From IMG/VR virus record IMGVR_UViG_3300005512_000177: 33,269 nt of DNA; one strand, given 5' to 3'. The position numbers and the translations under genes are program-made. The stretch is from a virus. The notes beneath the pieces are model-generated. The model ran no database searches. It was not told where the DNA came from and saw only the letters and a list, made by a program, of their open reading frames with translations. Of the stretch, positions 1-6,767 are shown in pieces. Position 1 is the first letter of the stretch. The number at the start of each line of letters is the position of its first letter.

Positions 1-123
1 GATGTAATTCTGTAGGTCCGTTATCTGTGATTCCGTCACTGCGAGTGCGGCCTGATGTGCCGTCACGTCTGACTGCGTCACGGTGTAGTCAGTGATGTAT
101 CCTGCCCCATTGGTCAGTTCATT
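1..123. repeat. Terminal direct repeat, copy 1 (identical to 33147..33269): circular-assembly overlap or terminal redundancy
   Basis: Bases 1-123 (gatgtaattctgtaggtccg...tggtcagttcatt) were compared base by base with 33147-33269 and are identical. This implies a unit length of 33146 bp. Confidence 0.95.
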
Positions 124-1620
124 GTTATTTGTGGGGATAGTTGGCTTGTTTGTTAGATCATTATACGATCCTGAAAAGTGTGATAGATCTGATATTTGTG
201 ATTCGGTTATGCTCAATGCTGACTGGTGTTGCGTGACATCCGCCTGTGAAACAGAGGTCTTGTAACCTGCGTCATTGGTGAATTGTGAAACATTACCTGA
301 CTTGTTGGTCAATGTGTCTGTTGAACTTGCTGTGATGTATCCAGCACCGTTGGTCAGTTCAGTGTTGTTTGTTGGGATAGTTGGTTTGTTGGTCAGATCC
401 GTGTATGATCCTGAGAAATGACTTAGATCACTTATCTGTGATTCAGTGATTGATAGTGCGGCTTGGTGTGCCGTCACATCACCTTCAGTGACCGTGTAGT
501 CAGTGATGTATCCCGCCCCATTGGTCAGTTCATTATTATTTGTAGGTATGGTTGGCAGTCCAGATAAGTCCCCATATGCTCCAGTTGATGCCACGGTGCT
601 CAATCCAAGGTTTGTCTTGGCGTTGGTCTTCTGCGTCGTGGTTAATCCCTGTGCGTTGGTATCTACCCGTAATCTGTTGCCCAATGCGGTTGAAGTCGTG
701 GTCGCGAAATTAGCATCATCACCCAGTGCGGCCGCCAACTCGTTGAGAGTGTTCAAGGCCTCTGGTGCTGTATCAACTATGCCAGCCACTTCTTGATCAA
801 CATATGAAGTTGTGGCGTATCCCGCCCCATTAGTCAGTTCATTATTGTTAGTTGGTATTGTTGGTTTGTTCGTTAAATCCGTATAACTGCCTGAAAAATG
901 ATTGAGGTCCGCGATCTGTGATTCAGTTATTGACAAGGCTGACTGATGCTGTGTGACATCTGACTCGCTCACGGAAGTCTTGTAGCCGCTGTCGTTGGTG
1001 AATTGTGAAACATTACCTGACTTGTTTGTTAATGTGTCCGTTGATGAAGCCGTGATGTAGCCTGCCCCATTCGTTAATTCTGTGTTGTTGGTTGGTATCG
1101 CTGGTTTGCCGGTGAGGTCAGCATAGGCACCTGAGAAATGACTCAAGTCACTTATCTGTGATTCTGTTATGCTCAATGCCGCTTGGTGTTGTGTGACATC
1201 TGATTCACTGACTGCTGTCTTGTAATTCTGTAGATCACTTATCTGTGATTCTGTGATTGATAGTGCTGATTGATGTTGTGTCACATCTGATTCTGACACT
1301 GAGGTCAGATAACTCGACAGGTCTGGTCCTGTCAAGGTCAGTGTGTCGCCTGACACCACTGCCGTGATGTTTTGAGTGCCCGCTATCTTGAATGTCTCAT
1401 TTTGTTTTACTAAAGTGCCTGTTGAATCATCACCAACAAATGTTATTCCAGCAGTATCACCATCTGAAGCATAACCTAAACTATTCCAAGTCTCTGATCC
1501 CGTTCCTATCTTGAATTTGTTTGTGTCTGATTCCCATCCAAACTCACCCGCCGCCAGTGTTGGGTTGTTGCTAGTCCAGTTGGATGCGGTATCTCTTCTT
1601 AATTGAATCTGTGTAGCCAT
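1..1620 (-). CDS. Tail fibre protein, N-terminal 540 codons of a gene that wraps around the window ends (continues 33146 down to 30903; 1287 aa in total)
   Basis: ATG at 1620-1618 overlaps the stop of ORF 1620..2099 (TAATG). Hand translation gives MATQIQLRRDTASNWTSNNPTLAAGEFGWESDTNKFKIGTGSETWNSL, the conserved phage-fibre / Mtd-N-like N-terminal motif. The frame stays open to base 1 and is in phase with track ORF 30903..33227 across the overlap (1620+33146-30903+1 = 3864 = 3 x 1288). Confidence 0.85.
   Translation of the reverse strand, partial: MATQIQLRRDTASNWTSNNPTLAAGEFGWESDTNKFKIGTGSETWNSLGYASDGDTAGITFVGDDSTGTLVKQNETFKIAGTQNITAVVSGDTLTLTGPDLSSYLTSVSESDVTQHQSALSITESQISDLQNYKTAVSESDVTQHQAALSITESQISDLSHFSGAYADLTGKPAIPTNNTELTNGAGYITASSTDTLTNKSGNVSQFTNDSGYKTSVSESDVTQHQSALSITESQIADLNHFSGSYTDLTNKPTIPTNNNELTNGAGYATTSYVDQEVAGIVDTAPEALNTLNELAAALGDDANFATTTSTALGNRLRVDTNAQGLTTTQKTNAKTNLGLSTVASTGAYGDLSGLPTIPTNNNELTNGAGYITDYTVTEGDVTAHQAALSITESQISDLSHFSGSYTDLTNKPTIPTNNTELTNGAGYITASSTDTLTNKSGNVSQFTNDAGYKTSVSQADVTQHQSALSITESQISDLSHFSGSYNDLTNKPTIPTNNNELTNGAGYITDYTVTQSDVTAHQAALAVTESQITDLQNYI
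432..810 (-). repeat. Intragenic duplication, copy A (about 379 bp) of the fibre segment '...YVD..APE(A/T)LNTLNELAAALGDDANFATTTSTALGNRLRVDT..TNAKTNLGLS..' ; partner at 32606..32984
   Basis: The two stretches align colinearly by eye at DNA and protein level, roughly 80-85 percent identical. The spurious antisense ORFs 503..796 and 32695..33153 in the track mirror each other for the same reason. Confidence 0.85.
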
Positions 1621-2099
1621 TATGCTGATGTTCCTCCGTTGATAGCACTGGTTCCACCATACGATGAATTAGCCGTGCCGCCATCAATATTTATTGCGTT
1701 GTTGATCGTGGTGGCATCTACGGTGATGACTCCACCAGTCGTGCCTATGCTGATGCCTCCAGCACCTGATAATTGTAATGTGCCTCCATCTGACACCACC
1801 ACCTGAGAGCTGTCTGGTGCTTGGACCGTTATGCCCTGTGCCTGGCTGGTGCCTTCAATGGTCAAGGTTGATCCATTCAGAGATGTTGATATTCCAGTGC
1901 CACCAGCTACCGTCAATGTATCACCTTGTTGTATATCTACTGATCCCGTGTCACCTGCTATTCCGTGTGACGAATCACGAAGATTGAGAAGCGTAGAATC
2001 AATATCTTCGAAACTTAAAGGTTGTCCTTTTCCTAGATTATTTGATGCTATCGTGCTTGAAGTCTGTTGCCTTGTTACGATTGACGCCTTTGTTGGCAT
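1620..2099 (-). CDS. Fibre-associated structural protein (short fibre / adaptor candidate)
   Basis: Track ORF of 159 aa. ATG 2099 is preceded by AAGGAG at 7 nt, and the stop overlaps the fibre ATG. The N-terminus MPTKASIVTR...STLLNLRD is paralogous to that of 2138..2854. It carries Gly/Thr-rich strand repeats (GDTLTVAGGTGISTS, GSTLTIEG) like the fibre module GDTLTITG. Confidence 0.6.
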   Translation of the reverse strand: MPTKASIVTRQQTSSTIASNNLGKGQPLSFEDIDSTLLNLRDSSHGIAGDTGSVDIQQGDTLTVAGGTGISTSLNGSTLTIEGTSQAQGITVQAPDSSQVVVSDGGTLQLSGAGGISIGTTGGVITVDATTINNAINIDGGTANSSYGGTSAINGGTSA

Positions 2100-2108
2100 A
2101 CTAGGTCT

Positions 2109-2126
2109 CCTTGTAATATTACAAGG
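2109..2126 (-). promoter_or_regulatory. Perfect 18-bp palindrome CCTTGTAATATTACAAGG sequestering the Shine-Dalgarno of 1620..2099
   Basis: The minus strand reads TAA-CAAATAAATAT-CCTTGTAAT|ATTACAAGG-AGACCTAGT-ATG. The SD AAGGAG is formed by the 3' arm of the hairpin plus the next 2 nt. Confidence 0.5.
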
Positions 2127-2137
2127 ATATTTATTTG

Positions 2138-2854
2138 TTAAACGTTACTATTATCGTGTATGTATTTCCAATTGTTGTTATCATAGTAAGCTGGCTTGTA
2201 ACCATTATCACTGATACATATCACCGCACCTGGCACACCATTTGGCATCGCCGTGGATGCGTGTATTGGCAGCCTATTGACACTGCTCAAAAACAATTCA
2301 CCTGATCCATTGGACCATGGACTACTCCCTACCACACCATCCGTGCTAGGATACTTGATCTCGTTGATCCGCACATCACTGACCTGGCTCAATCCCACTT
2401 CAAATGGAATGTTACCATTGGCCTGCTGTGCGTCACTACCATATATCCTGAACTTGGCGGTTGAAAGGAATGCCTGCCCCTGGTGATTGAAATCTATCTG
2501 TGCCGAATTAACACGCATATAATTTCCCAAGTCTGTGCCCGAGGCACCCGTCTCTGAAACCTGGAAAGAAGTGAATACTGAAGCGCTGGTCTCCGTGCTA
2601 CCACCACCCAAGTCAGCTACCGTGATATCGCCATTCGCGTCCGCGGTTATCACTCCACCCTGGAATGTTATCTGTGTGTCCGCTGTGATCGTGTGCTGTG
2701 TGCTGTCATCAGCCCGCAACCTCCAACCCTGGTCCCGCAGGTTGAGGAAATTTGAATCCAGCTCCGCGTTGGTCAGACCCGTTCCCTTGGGGATGTTGTC
2801 CGTGCTTACTGATGATGTTGATGCTGTCCTCGTGACTAATTTGGCCTTTGGCAT
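2138..2854 (-). CDS. Fibre-like structural protein
   Basis: Track ORF of 238 aa. ATG 2854 is preceded by GGAGAAGG. The N-terminus MPKAKLVTRTASTSS...SNFLNLRD is paralogous to 1620..2099. The remainder is rich in T/S/G/D, as in fibre shafts. Confidence 0.6.
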   Translation of the reverse strand: MPKAKLVTRTASTSSVSTDNIPKGTGLTNAELDSNFLNLRDQGWRLRADDSTQHTITADTQITFQGGVITADANGDITVADLGGGSTETSASVFTSFQVSETGASGTDLGNYMRVNSAQIDFNHQGQAFLSTAKFRIYGSDAQQANGNIPFEVGLSQVSDVRINEIKYPSTDGVVGSSPWSNGSGELFLSSVNRLPIHASTAMPNGVPGAVICISDNGYKPAYYDNNNWKYIHDNSNV

Positions 2855-2874
2855 ACCTTCTCCCGTGATTACCG

Positions 2875-3027
2875 TTATTTAATGTTCTTGCCCTGCGACT
2901 TCTCTGCCCTCCTGCGCCTACGCAGTTGGGTTATCCTCTTCATCTTCTCGATCGCTGGCTGATTCACAGCGTCCAACAACTGCCGCGTGTAGCTGTGTAT
3001 CTGGTGCTTCCTCTGCTCTGGTGTCAT
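2875..3027 (-). CDS. Small basic hypothetical protein (50 aa, MTPEQRKHQIHSYTRQLL...)
   Basis: The internal ATG of track ORF 2875..3150 forms an ATGA overlap with the stop of 3024..3506. The longer N-terminal extension is low-complexity acidic sequence lying out of frame over the basic tail of the upstream gene. Confidence 0.45.
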   Translation of the reverse strand: MTPEQRKHQIHSYTRQLLDAVNQPAIEKMKRITQLRRRRRAEKSQGKNIK

Positions 3028-3506
3028 TTCTTCTTCCTCCAGTGATGGCGACCCTTGCCCAATCCCTTGGGCTTCTTCCTCCTGCGTCCCTTGGTTGGGC
3101 GGCACATGGCCTCTGCCCGCGTCATCATCCTCACATTCCAGATGTGCCAACCCTTACGGGTGTCAATCCTGGCCAGGTTCAACGCTGACATATCTCGCTC
3201 CCACTCACCAGGTGCGGTCTTGTAAAGATCCAGGTAATCCTCCCATATAATGGTCCAGGCCTGACGCCAGAACTTGGCCTGCGCCCGCATCCTGTTGAAA
3301 CGCATCCGCAGCCGCTTGACCTCTGGGTCTGGTCCCGTCTTCCACAGCTGTGGCTGTGGGCCCTCCCTGAACATCACATAATACTTCGCTGGGTTCTCCC
3401 TACATCTCTTACGCTGGTTCCTGCTGGCCCTACGCCTACGCGCTTCGGTCCATCCAGCCTCTATCCCCCGCTTGCCCTTGTTCCAGGGTTCATTCTTGTT
3501 TCCCAT
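3024..3506 (-). CDS. Basic hypothetical protein, putative DNA-binding; paralogue of 3925..4251 with an extra NUMOD3-like N-terminal motif
   Basis: Track ORF of 160 aa. The ATG sits 1 nt after the stop of 3508..3906. The core LWKTGPDPEVKRLRMRFNRMRAQAKFWRQAW...LARIDTRKGWHIWNV aligns with LWKSGPDPELRARRLAFLRSRCQARYRGEPW...LTRKNIDAGWDLGNC. The N-terminal 'EPWNKGKRG' resembles the NUMOD3 motif of homing-endonuclease DNA-binding modules. Confidence 0.6.
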   Translation of the reverse strand: MGNKNEPWNKGKRGIEAGWTEARRRRASRNQRKRCRENPAKYYVMFREGPQPQLWKTGPDPEVKRLRMRFNRMRAQAKFWRQAWTIIWEDYLDLYKTAPGEWERDMSALNLARIDTRKGWHIWNVRMMTRAEAMCRPTKGRRRKKPKGLGKGRHHWRKKK

Positions 3507-3507
3507 A

Positions 3508-3906
3508 CTATTTCCCCGTGAAGTCGAACAGATCCGCCTTGGGATCCTTCTTTGGCATCTTGCTCAGGCCCGTGTCTGGATCAACTATGTCCAGTATTAT
3601 GGGCGATTGACCATTGACATCAGCGTTTATCAATCCAGGCTTGCCCTTCACATACCGCACACCAGCCGGAAACTCTATCGCTATCTCGCAGGGACTATTG
3701 TCCTTGAACACGCGCAACAGCGACGCCCAATGGACCACGTTCTGCGCGGTGGGATCAACATAAGTGTATTCATCCTTGATCTCATCACCCTCGACGGTCT
3801 GTAATCTGACCTCCGCTATCCTGTGCCCATATGGCTTGGTTGGTTTCTTGGGATTCTGCTGTGCTATACAGCTCCTCACCTTCTTCAATATTGATATATG
3901 TTTCAT
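3508..3906 (-). CDS. Hypothetical protein (132 aa)
   Basis: This is track ORF 3508..3912. ATG at 3906 (MKHISILKK...) is preferred over the GTG at 3912 because AGGAG lies 5 nt upstream of it. Confidence 0.6.
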   Translation of the reverse strand: MKHISILKKVRSCIAQQNPKKPTKPYGHRIAEVRLQTVEGDEIKDEYTYVDPTAQNVVHWASLLRVFKDNSPCEIAIEFPAGVRYVKGKPGLINADVNGQSPIILDIVDPDTGLSKMPKKDPKADLFDFTGK

Positions 3907-3920
3907 ATTCACTCCTATCG

Positions 3921-3953
3921 CCTATTATAACACACCACGCACAAAACTGCCTA
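3921..3953 (-). promoter_or_regulatory. sigma70-type extended -10 promoter for 3508..3906 (weak -35)
   Basis: The minus strand reads CTAGGCAGTTTTGTGCGTGGTGTGTTATAATAGG, i.e. TGT-TATAAT (-10 at 3929-3924) with TAGGCA 18 nt upstream. It shares the GTGTTATAATAG core with the three promoters below. Confidence 0.5.
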
Positions 3954-4251
3954 GATGATTCCTGTGATGCTGATGATGGCGGGTCATATTACCACGCCTA
4001 TAACGCACCTCACAATTGCCCAGGTCCCACCCCGCATCGATGTTCTTGCGCGTTAAAATCAAATTCTCCGCTGACCTCCCACGCTGACGCCAACGATCCA
4101 GGCTCCACAGCTGACACCACTGATCCAGGGTCAATGACCAGGGCTCACCTCTATAACGCGCCTGGCAGCGACTACGCAGGAACGCCAAGCGCCTGGCCCG
4201 TAGCTCAGGATCTGGCCCTGACTTCCATAGATGCGGTCTCGAACGTTTCAT
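3925..4251 (-). CDS. Basic hypothetical protein, putative DNA-binding; paralogue of 3024..3506
   Basis: Internal ATG (M67, MKRSRPHLWKSGPDPE...) of track ORF 3925..4449. The paralogue alignment starts there, and the upstream 66 codons overlap the lipoprotein ORF and an RNA hairpin and look non-coding. Confidence 0.55.
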   Translation of the reverse strand: MKRSRPHLWKSGPDPELRARRLAFLRSRCQARYRGEPWSLTLDQWCQLWSLDRWRQRGRSAENLILTRKNIDAGWDLGNCEVRYRRGNMTRHHQHHRNHLGSFVRGVL

Positions 4252-4264
4252 AATCTTCACACGC

Positions 4265-4309
4265 CCCACCCTTTGGAGCACACCCTGACTTATAAACAGG
4301 GCGGGTGGG
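4265..4309 (-). other. Nested stem-loop between the lipoprotein gene and 3925..4251
   Basis: Plus-strand CCCACCC (4265-4271) pairs with GGGTGGG (4303-4309). An inner CCCTG (4283-4287) pairs with CAGGG (4297-4301). No U-tract follows on the coding strand. Confidence 0.4.
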
Positions 4310-4324
4310 ACGCTGATGTATTTA

Positions 4325-4513
4325 TTACTTACTAGTTGGTAATGGTCGATAATTGGGATCACACCAATGCTCCCGAGGCGTGTTGGGATGGACGTTGGGA
4401 CACACTGGATCAGGATTGGTTGAACAGGATGCCAACAAAATGACCACACAGATCATCAGCACCCTGCCCAAACTTGTGCCTATGCTTGCCTTTTTATATT
4501 CAAACAATGCCAT
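4325..4513 (-). CDS. Small proline-rich lipoprotein (Rz1-like o-spanin or Llp/Cor-like superinfection-exclusion lipoprotein candidate)
   Basis: Track ORF of 62 aa. It has a basic n-region (KK, R), a hydrophobic core VLMICVVILL and the lipobox LLAS|C at Cys30. The 33-aa mature part CSTNPDPVCPNVHPNTPREHWCDPNYRPLPTSK has 8 Pro and 2 further Cys. A consensus promoter sits directly upstream. Confidence 0.6.
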   Translation of the reverse strand: MALFEYKKASIGTSLGRVLMICVVILLASCSTNPDPVCPNVHPNTPREHWCDPNYRPLPTSK

Positions 4514-4523
4514 AAGTGCTCAC

Positions 4524-4552
4524 ATTATAACACTGATCCCAAACGCAGTCAA
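4524..4552 (-). promoter_or_regulatory. Near-consensus sigma70 extended -10 promoter upstream of the lipoprotein gene
   Basis: The minus strand reads GGGGGCTTGACT-GCGTTTGGGATCAGTGT(17)-TATAAT-GTG, with TG at the extended -10 position. The -10 ends only 10 nt before ATG 4513, so the mRNA would be nearly leaderless. Confidence 0.7.
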
Positions 4553-4732
4553 GCCCCCTAATCTGTGCGTATTTTTGTAACGCCTTAAGGCCCTTACCAA
4601 TCACAAAAGGACAAGGACGGCCTGGATCCTTCTCACTCTCACACCAGGGTTCCAACCCTGACTGGGCCCGCCATACCAAGCGCCCTCACCCTAGGCGGCG
4701 TCACCCTTCATCAGCCCCCTTACCAATGGCCA

Positions 4733-4755
4733 TAAAAAAAAGCCTTTCGGCCGGA
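4733..4755 (-). terminator. Candidate rho-independent terminator (short GNRA-capped stem + U8)
   Basis: The minus strand reads GGCC-GAAA-GGCT followed by TTTTTTTT. It lies about 170 nt downstream of the stop of 4920..5261. The stem is only 3 GC pairs plus a G-U, hence moderate confidence. Confidence 0.45.
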
Positions 4756-4919
4756 TGGGGCTCATTGATGCGATCTCGTCCTCACTTCTAGGGCCCTGCC
4801 TAGGCAGTCCCTTCCATCATCCGGCCTACTCGGCCCCCTATCACTGGATCCCTTAAAAACTATAGCCCTTCCCTAAAACCCAGTGATATAGAACAATCTA
4901 GGGGGGCTAACTCTAAATC

Positions 4920-5261
4920 CTATTTCAGCCTGTCCATCCTCAACATCATCCAAGTCCATAATGGACTCTTCAACACCTGCTGATACAACCAATCAGGCAC
5001 TACAATATCCAAATCACCATCCTCCCATTCCAACTCATAATGGGCGTTGATATACTCACCATACTTCCGCTCTAGATATCCAACCATCATCCAATCAATC
5101 TGGACCATTGGACCCCTATCACTGGTCATTGTTATAAACACCCCATCACTGGCATCATAACCAAACTGGGCCTGGGTTGCTTGCTTACACTGCTCCAGCA
5201 AACCCTCACCTGCTGATCTACCATCCCTATACATATCCATATCCTCTACATTATCAAACAT
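4920..5261 (-). CDS. Acidic hypothetical early protein (113 aa)
   Basis: Track ORF. ATG 5261 is preceded by AGGAAGGA and by the best promoter in the window. The protein is rich in D/E and W. Confidence 0.65.
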   Translation of the reverse strand: MFDNVEDMDMYRDGRSAGEGLLEQCKQATQAQFGYDASDGVFITMTSDRGPMVQIDWMMVGYLERKYGEYINAHYELEWEDGDLDIVVPDWLYQQVLKSPLWTWMMLRMDRLK

Positions 5262-5296
5262 ATCTCTTTCCTTCCTTTAAATTAACCTATAAAACT

Positions 5297-5324
5297 ATTA
5301 TAACACAGGTTAGCACATCGTCAA
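5297..5324 (-). promoter_or_regulatory. Consensus sigma70 extended -10 promoter for 4920..5261
   Basis: The minus strand reads GGGGGCTTGACG-ATGTGCTAACCTGTGT(16)-TATAAT-AG. The -35 matches 5/6, the -10 matches 6/6, and TG sits at the extended -10 position. Confidence 0.8.
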
Positions 5325-5527
5325 GCCCCCTTACACACCTTACAACACCATCAGAAATGGTCAGAAAGGTGGGCTGGATCACCAAAACAACCTAATATGG
5401 GCTGATCTACCCCTAATATGGTAATTTCCAAACTTTTTTTCCAGGGGGTGCCAATCCGGATAATACACAACTACCTAATCAACCCAACTCACCAAAATAA
5501 CACCCCTCTATGCCCTAGCAATCGCCA

Positions 5528-6151
5528 TCATTCTGGGTCTGGAACACGGTCCAATCTTGCCCGCAAACGCTCACTCCTCTGCTGGCTACTACCTGTTATA
5601 CCACGGTCCGCACACAGCTGATCATACAATCGCCTGAACTGCGCGACCCTACACTCCCAACCTGGTTCAACTGGCACTTGGATGCTCACCGATATCAATT
5701 CCTTGCGATCACCATCTTCCGTTCCCCAATTGATCCAATCACGATCTATCGCCAGATTAATGCTGGCGGTCTTGTCCTCATACTCCCTGACCCTCTGCCA
5801 TTGGTCCAACTTCGATCTAACACGATGACGCCATTCGTTATCTATCATATCACCTCGGTTCCTACGCAACGACTTCAGCACGCTGGCACAATCATCACTA
5901 CCTGCGAACCAATTGATCCAATACTCACCCTTGGGCACCATCCCAGCCCTGTGGGTGGCCTTCTTCTTGACACTACGGAAAACTCGCTTCATCACGTCCT
6001 GCTGGCCCAATCCCATCAACACCTGGTTCTGACGCAACTGGTCTTCCAACCAGAACCTATCAATCAGATACACATACTTGCTGAGGTTGTTATCAACCCA
6101 GACCTGGCTGAACAGCCCATGGTCCAAACGCCTACTTCGCTTCATCAGCAC
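5528..6151 (-). CDS. Hypothetical protein (207 aa, Trp/Arg-rich)
   Basis: Track ORF. It overlaps the end of 6132..6737 by 20 nt (14 nt if M3 is the start). No motif recognised. Confidence 0.6.
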   Translation of the reverse strand: MLMKRSRRLDHGLFSQVWVDNNLSKYVYLIDRFWLEDQLRQNQVLMGLGQQDVMKRVFRSVKKKATHRAGMVPKGEYWINWFAGSDDCASVLKSLRRNRGDMIDNEWRHRVRSKLDQWQRVREYEDKTASINLAIDRDWINWGTEDGDRKELISVSIQVPVEPGWECRVAQFRRLYDQLCADRGITGSSQQRSERLRARLDRVPDPE

Positions 6152-6737
6152 CCCCCTTCTCGGGCATCACTATCTCATACACGCCCTTGACTATCTTGTT
6201 CCGGCACCAATGCTGGGTCTTGGCCGCGGTCTCTTCCTGATCAACACACCAATCACCATTCATCAAAAACACGTGCTTCCTGATCGACACCAGATACCAT
6301 TGATCTGCCCGCAACTTCAGGTCCTTTACGGCCATGGCCTTCAATCCAACATCAACCAACTTGGCCCCAACGAAATGTCCGAAACCATGGCTTACCTCGA
6401 CCAGACCATTATCTGTCGCACCAGCCCAGGTGCCACCTTTATTCCAATAGGCCCTGATATAATCGAACACAATATCGAACCTCACACCTGTGTAATAACT
6501 CACCGCATACACACCGCAATAGCCCATCGATGGCTGGTAAAGGCTCTCCCTGTAATGGGCTTCTAGTTTCCCCTTGCCCAGGCACAACCTGGCACCCTTG
6601 CCATTCAGCCCCAACTGATCACCCCTACCTGGGGCATCCTTCAACAACTTGACGCTCTTCAACCTGGTGTTCTTGTCTATGTTCTTCAACATGGCCTCTG
6701 CTACACCAACGGCATCCTTTAACTTACTCTTGTTCAT
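6132..6737 (-). CDS. Papain-fold / C39-like cysteine peptidase candidate
   Basis: This is track ORF 6132..6779 with the start moved to ATG 6737 (MNKSKLKD...). That ATG is preceded by AAGGAG at 7 nt, whereas the longer N-terminus overlaps the promoter -10. Motifs are 'YQPSMGYCGVYAVSYYTG' (Gln...Cys nucleophile context) and 'RKHVFLMNGD' (His then Asn/Asp), as in C39/CHAP-type peptidases. Confidence 0.5.
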   Translation of the reverse strand: MNKSKLKDAVGVAEAMLKNIDKNTRLKSVKLLKDAPGRGDQLGLNGKGARLCLGKGKLEAHYRESLYQPSMGYCGVYAVSYYTGVRFDIVFDYIRAYWNKGGTWAGATDNGLVEVSHGFGHFVGAKLVDVGLKAMAVKDLKLRADQWYLVSIRKHVFLMNGDWCVDQEETAAKTQHWCRNKIVKGVYEIVMPEKGGADEAK

Positions 6738-6767
6738 ATATTTCTCCTTTTTGTTTGTCATACTACT

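Noticed and set aside
503-796. Plus-strand ORFs 503..796 and 32695..33153 with similar translated sequences
   Set aside because: They are antisense readings of the two copies of the duplicated fibre segment. The minus frame carries canonical fibre motifs and is continuous for 1287 codons.
1-1330. Regularly recurring about 30-nt motif ('ttatctgtgattc...') that could be mistaken for a CRISPR array
   Set aside because: The repeats are degenerate and unevenly spaced, and they lie in frame inside a coding sequence, encoding AL(S)ITESQISDL. No cas genes or leader are present.
2875-3150. Full-length 91-aa version of the ORF overlapping 3024..3506 by 127 nt
   Set aside because: The overlapping N-terminal part is poly-acidic, low-complexity sequence out of frame with the basic tail of the upstream gene. 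The internal ATG at 3027 gives a clean ATGA junction.
4252-4449. N-terminal 66 codons of track ORF 3925..4449
   Set aside because: This part has no similarity to the paralogue, overlaps the lipoprotein ORF and the nested hairpin, and has an unconvincing composition. The ATG at 4251 begins exactly where the paralogue alignment starts.
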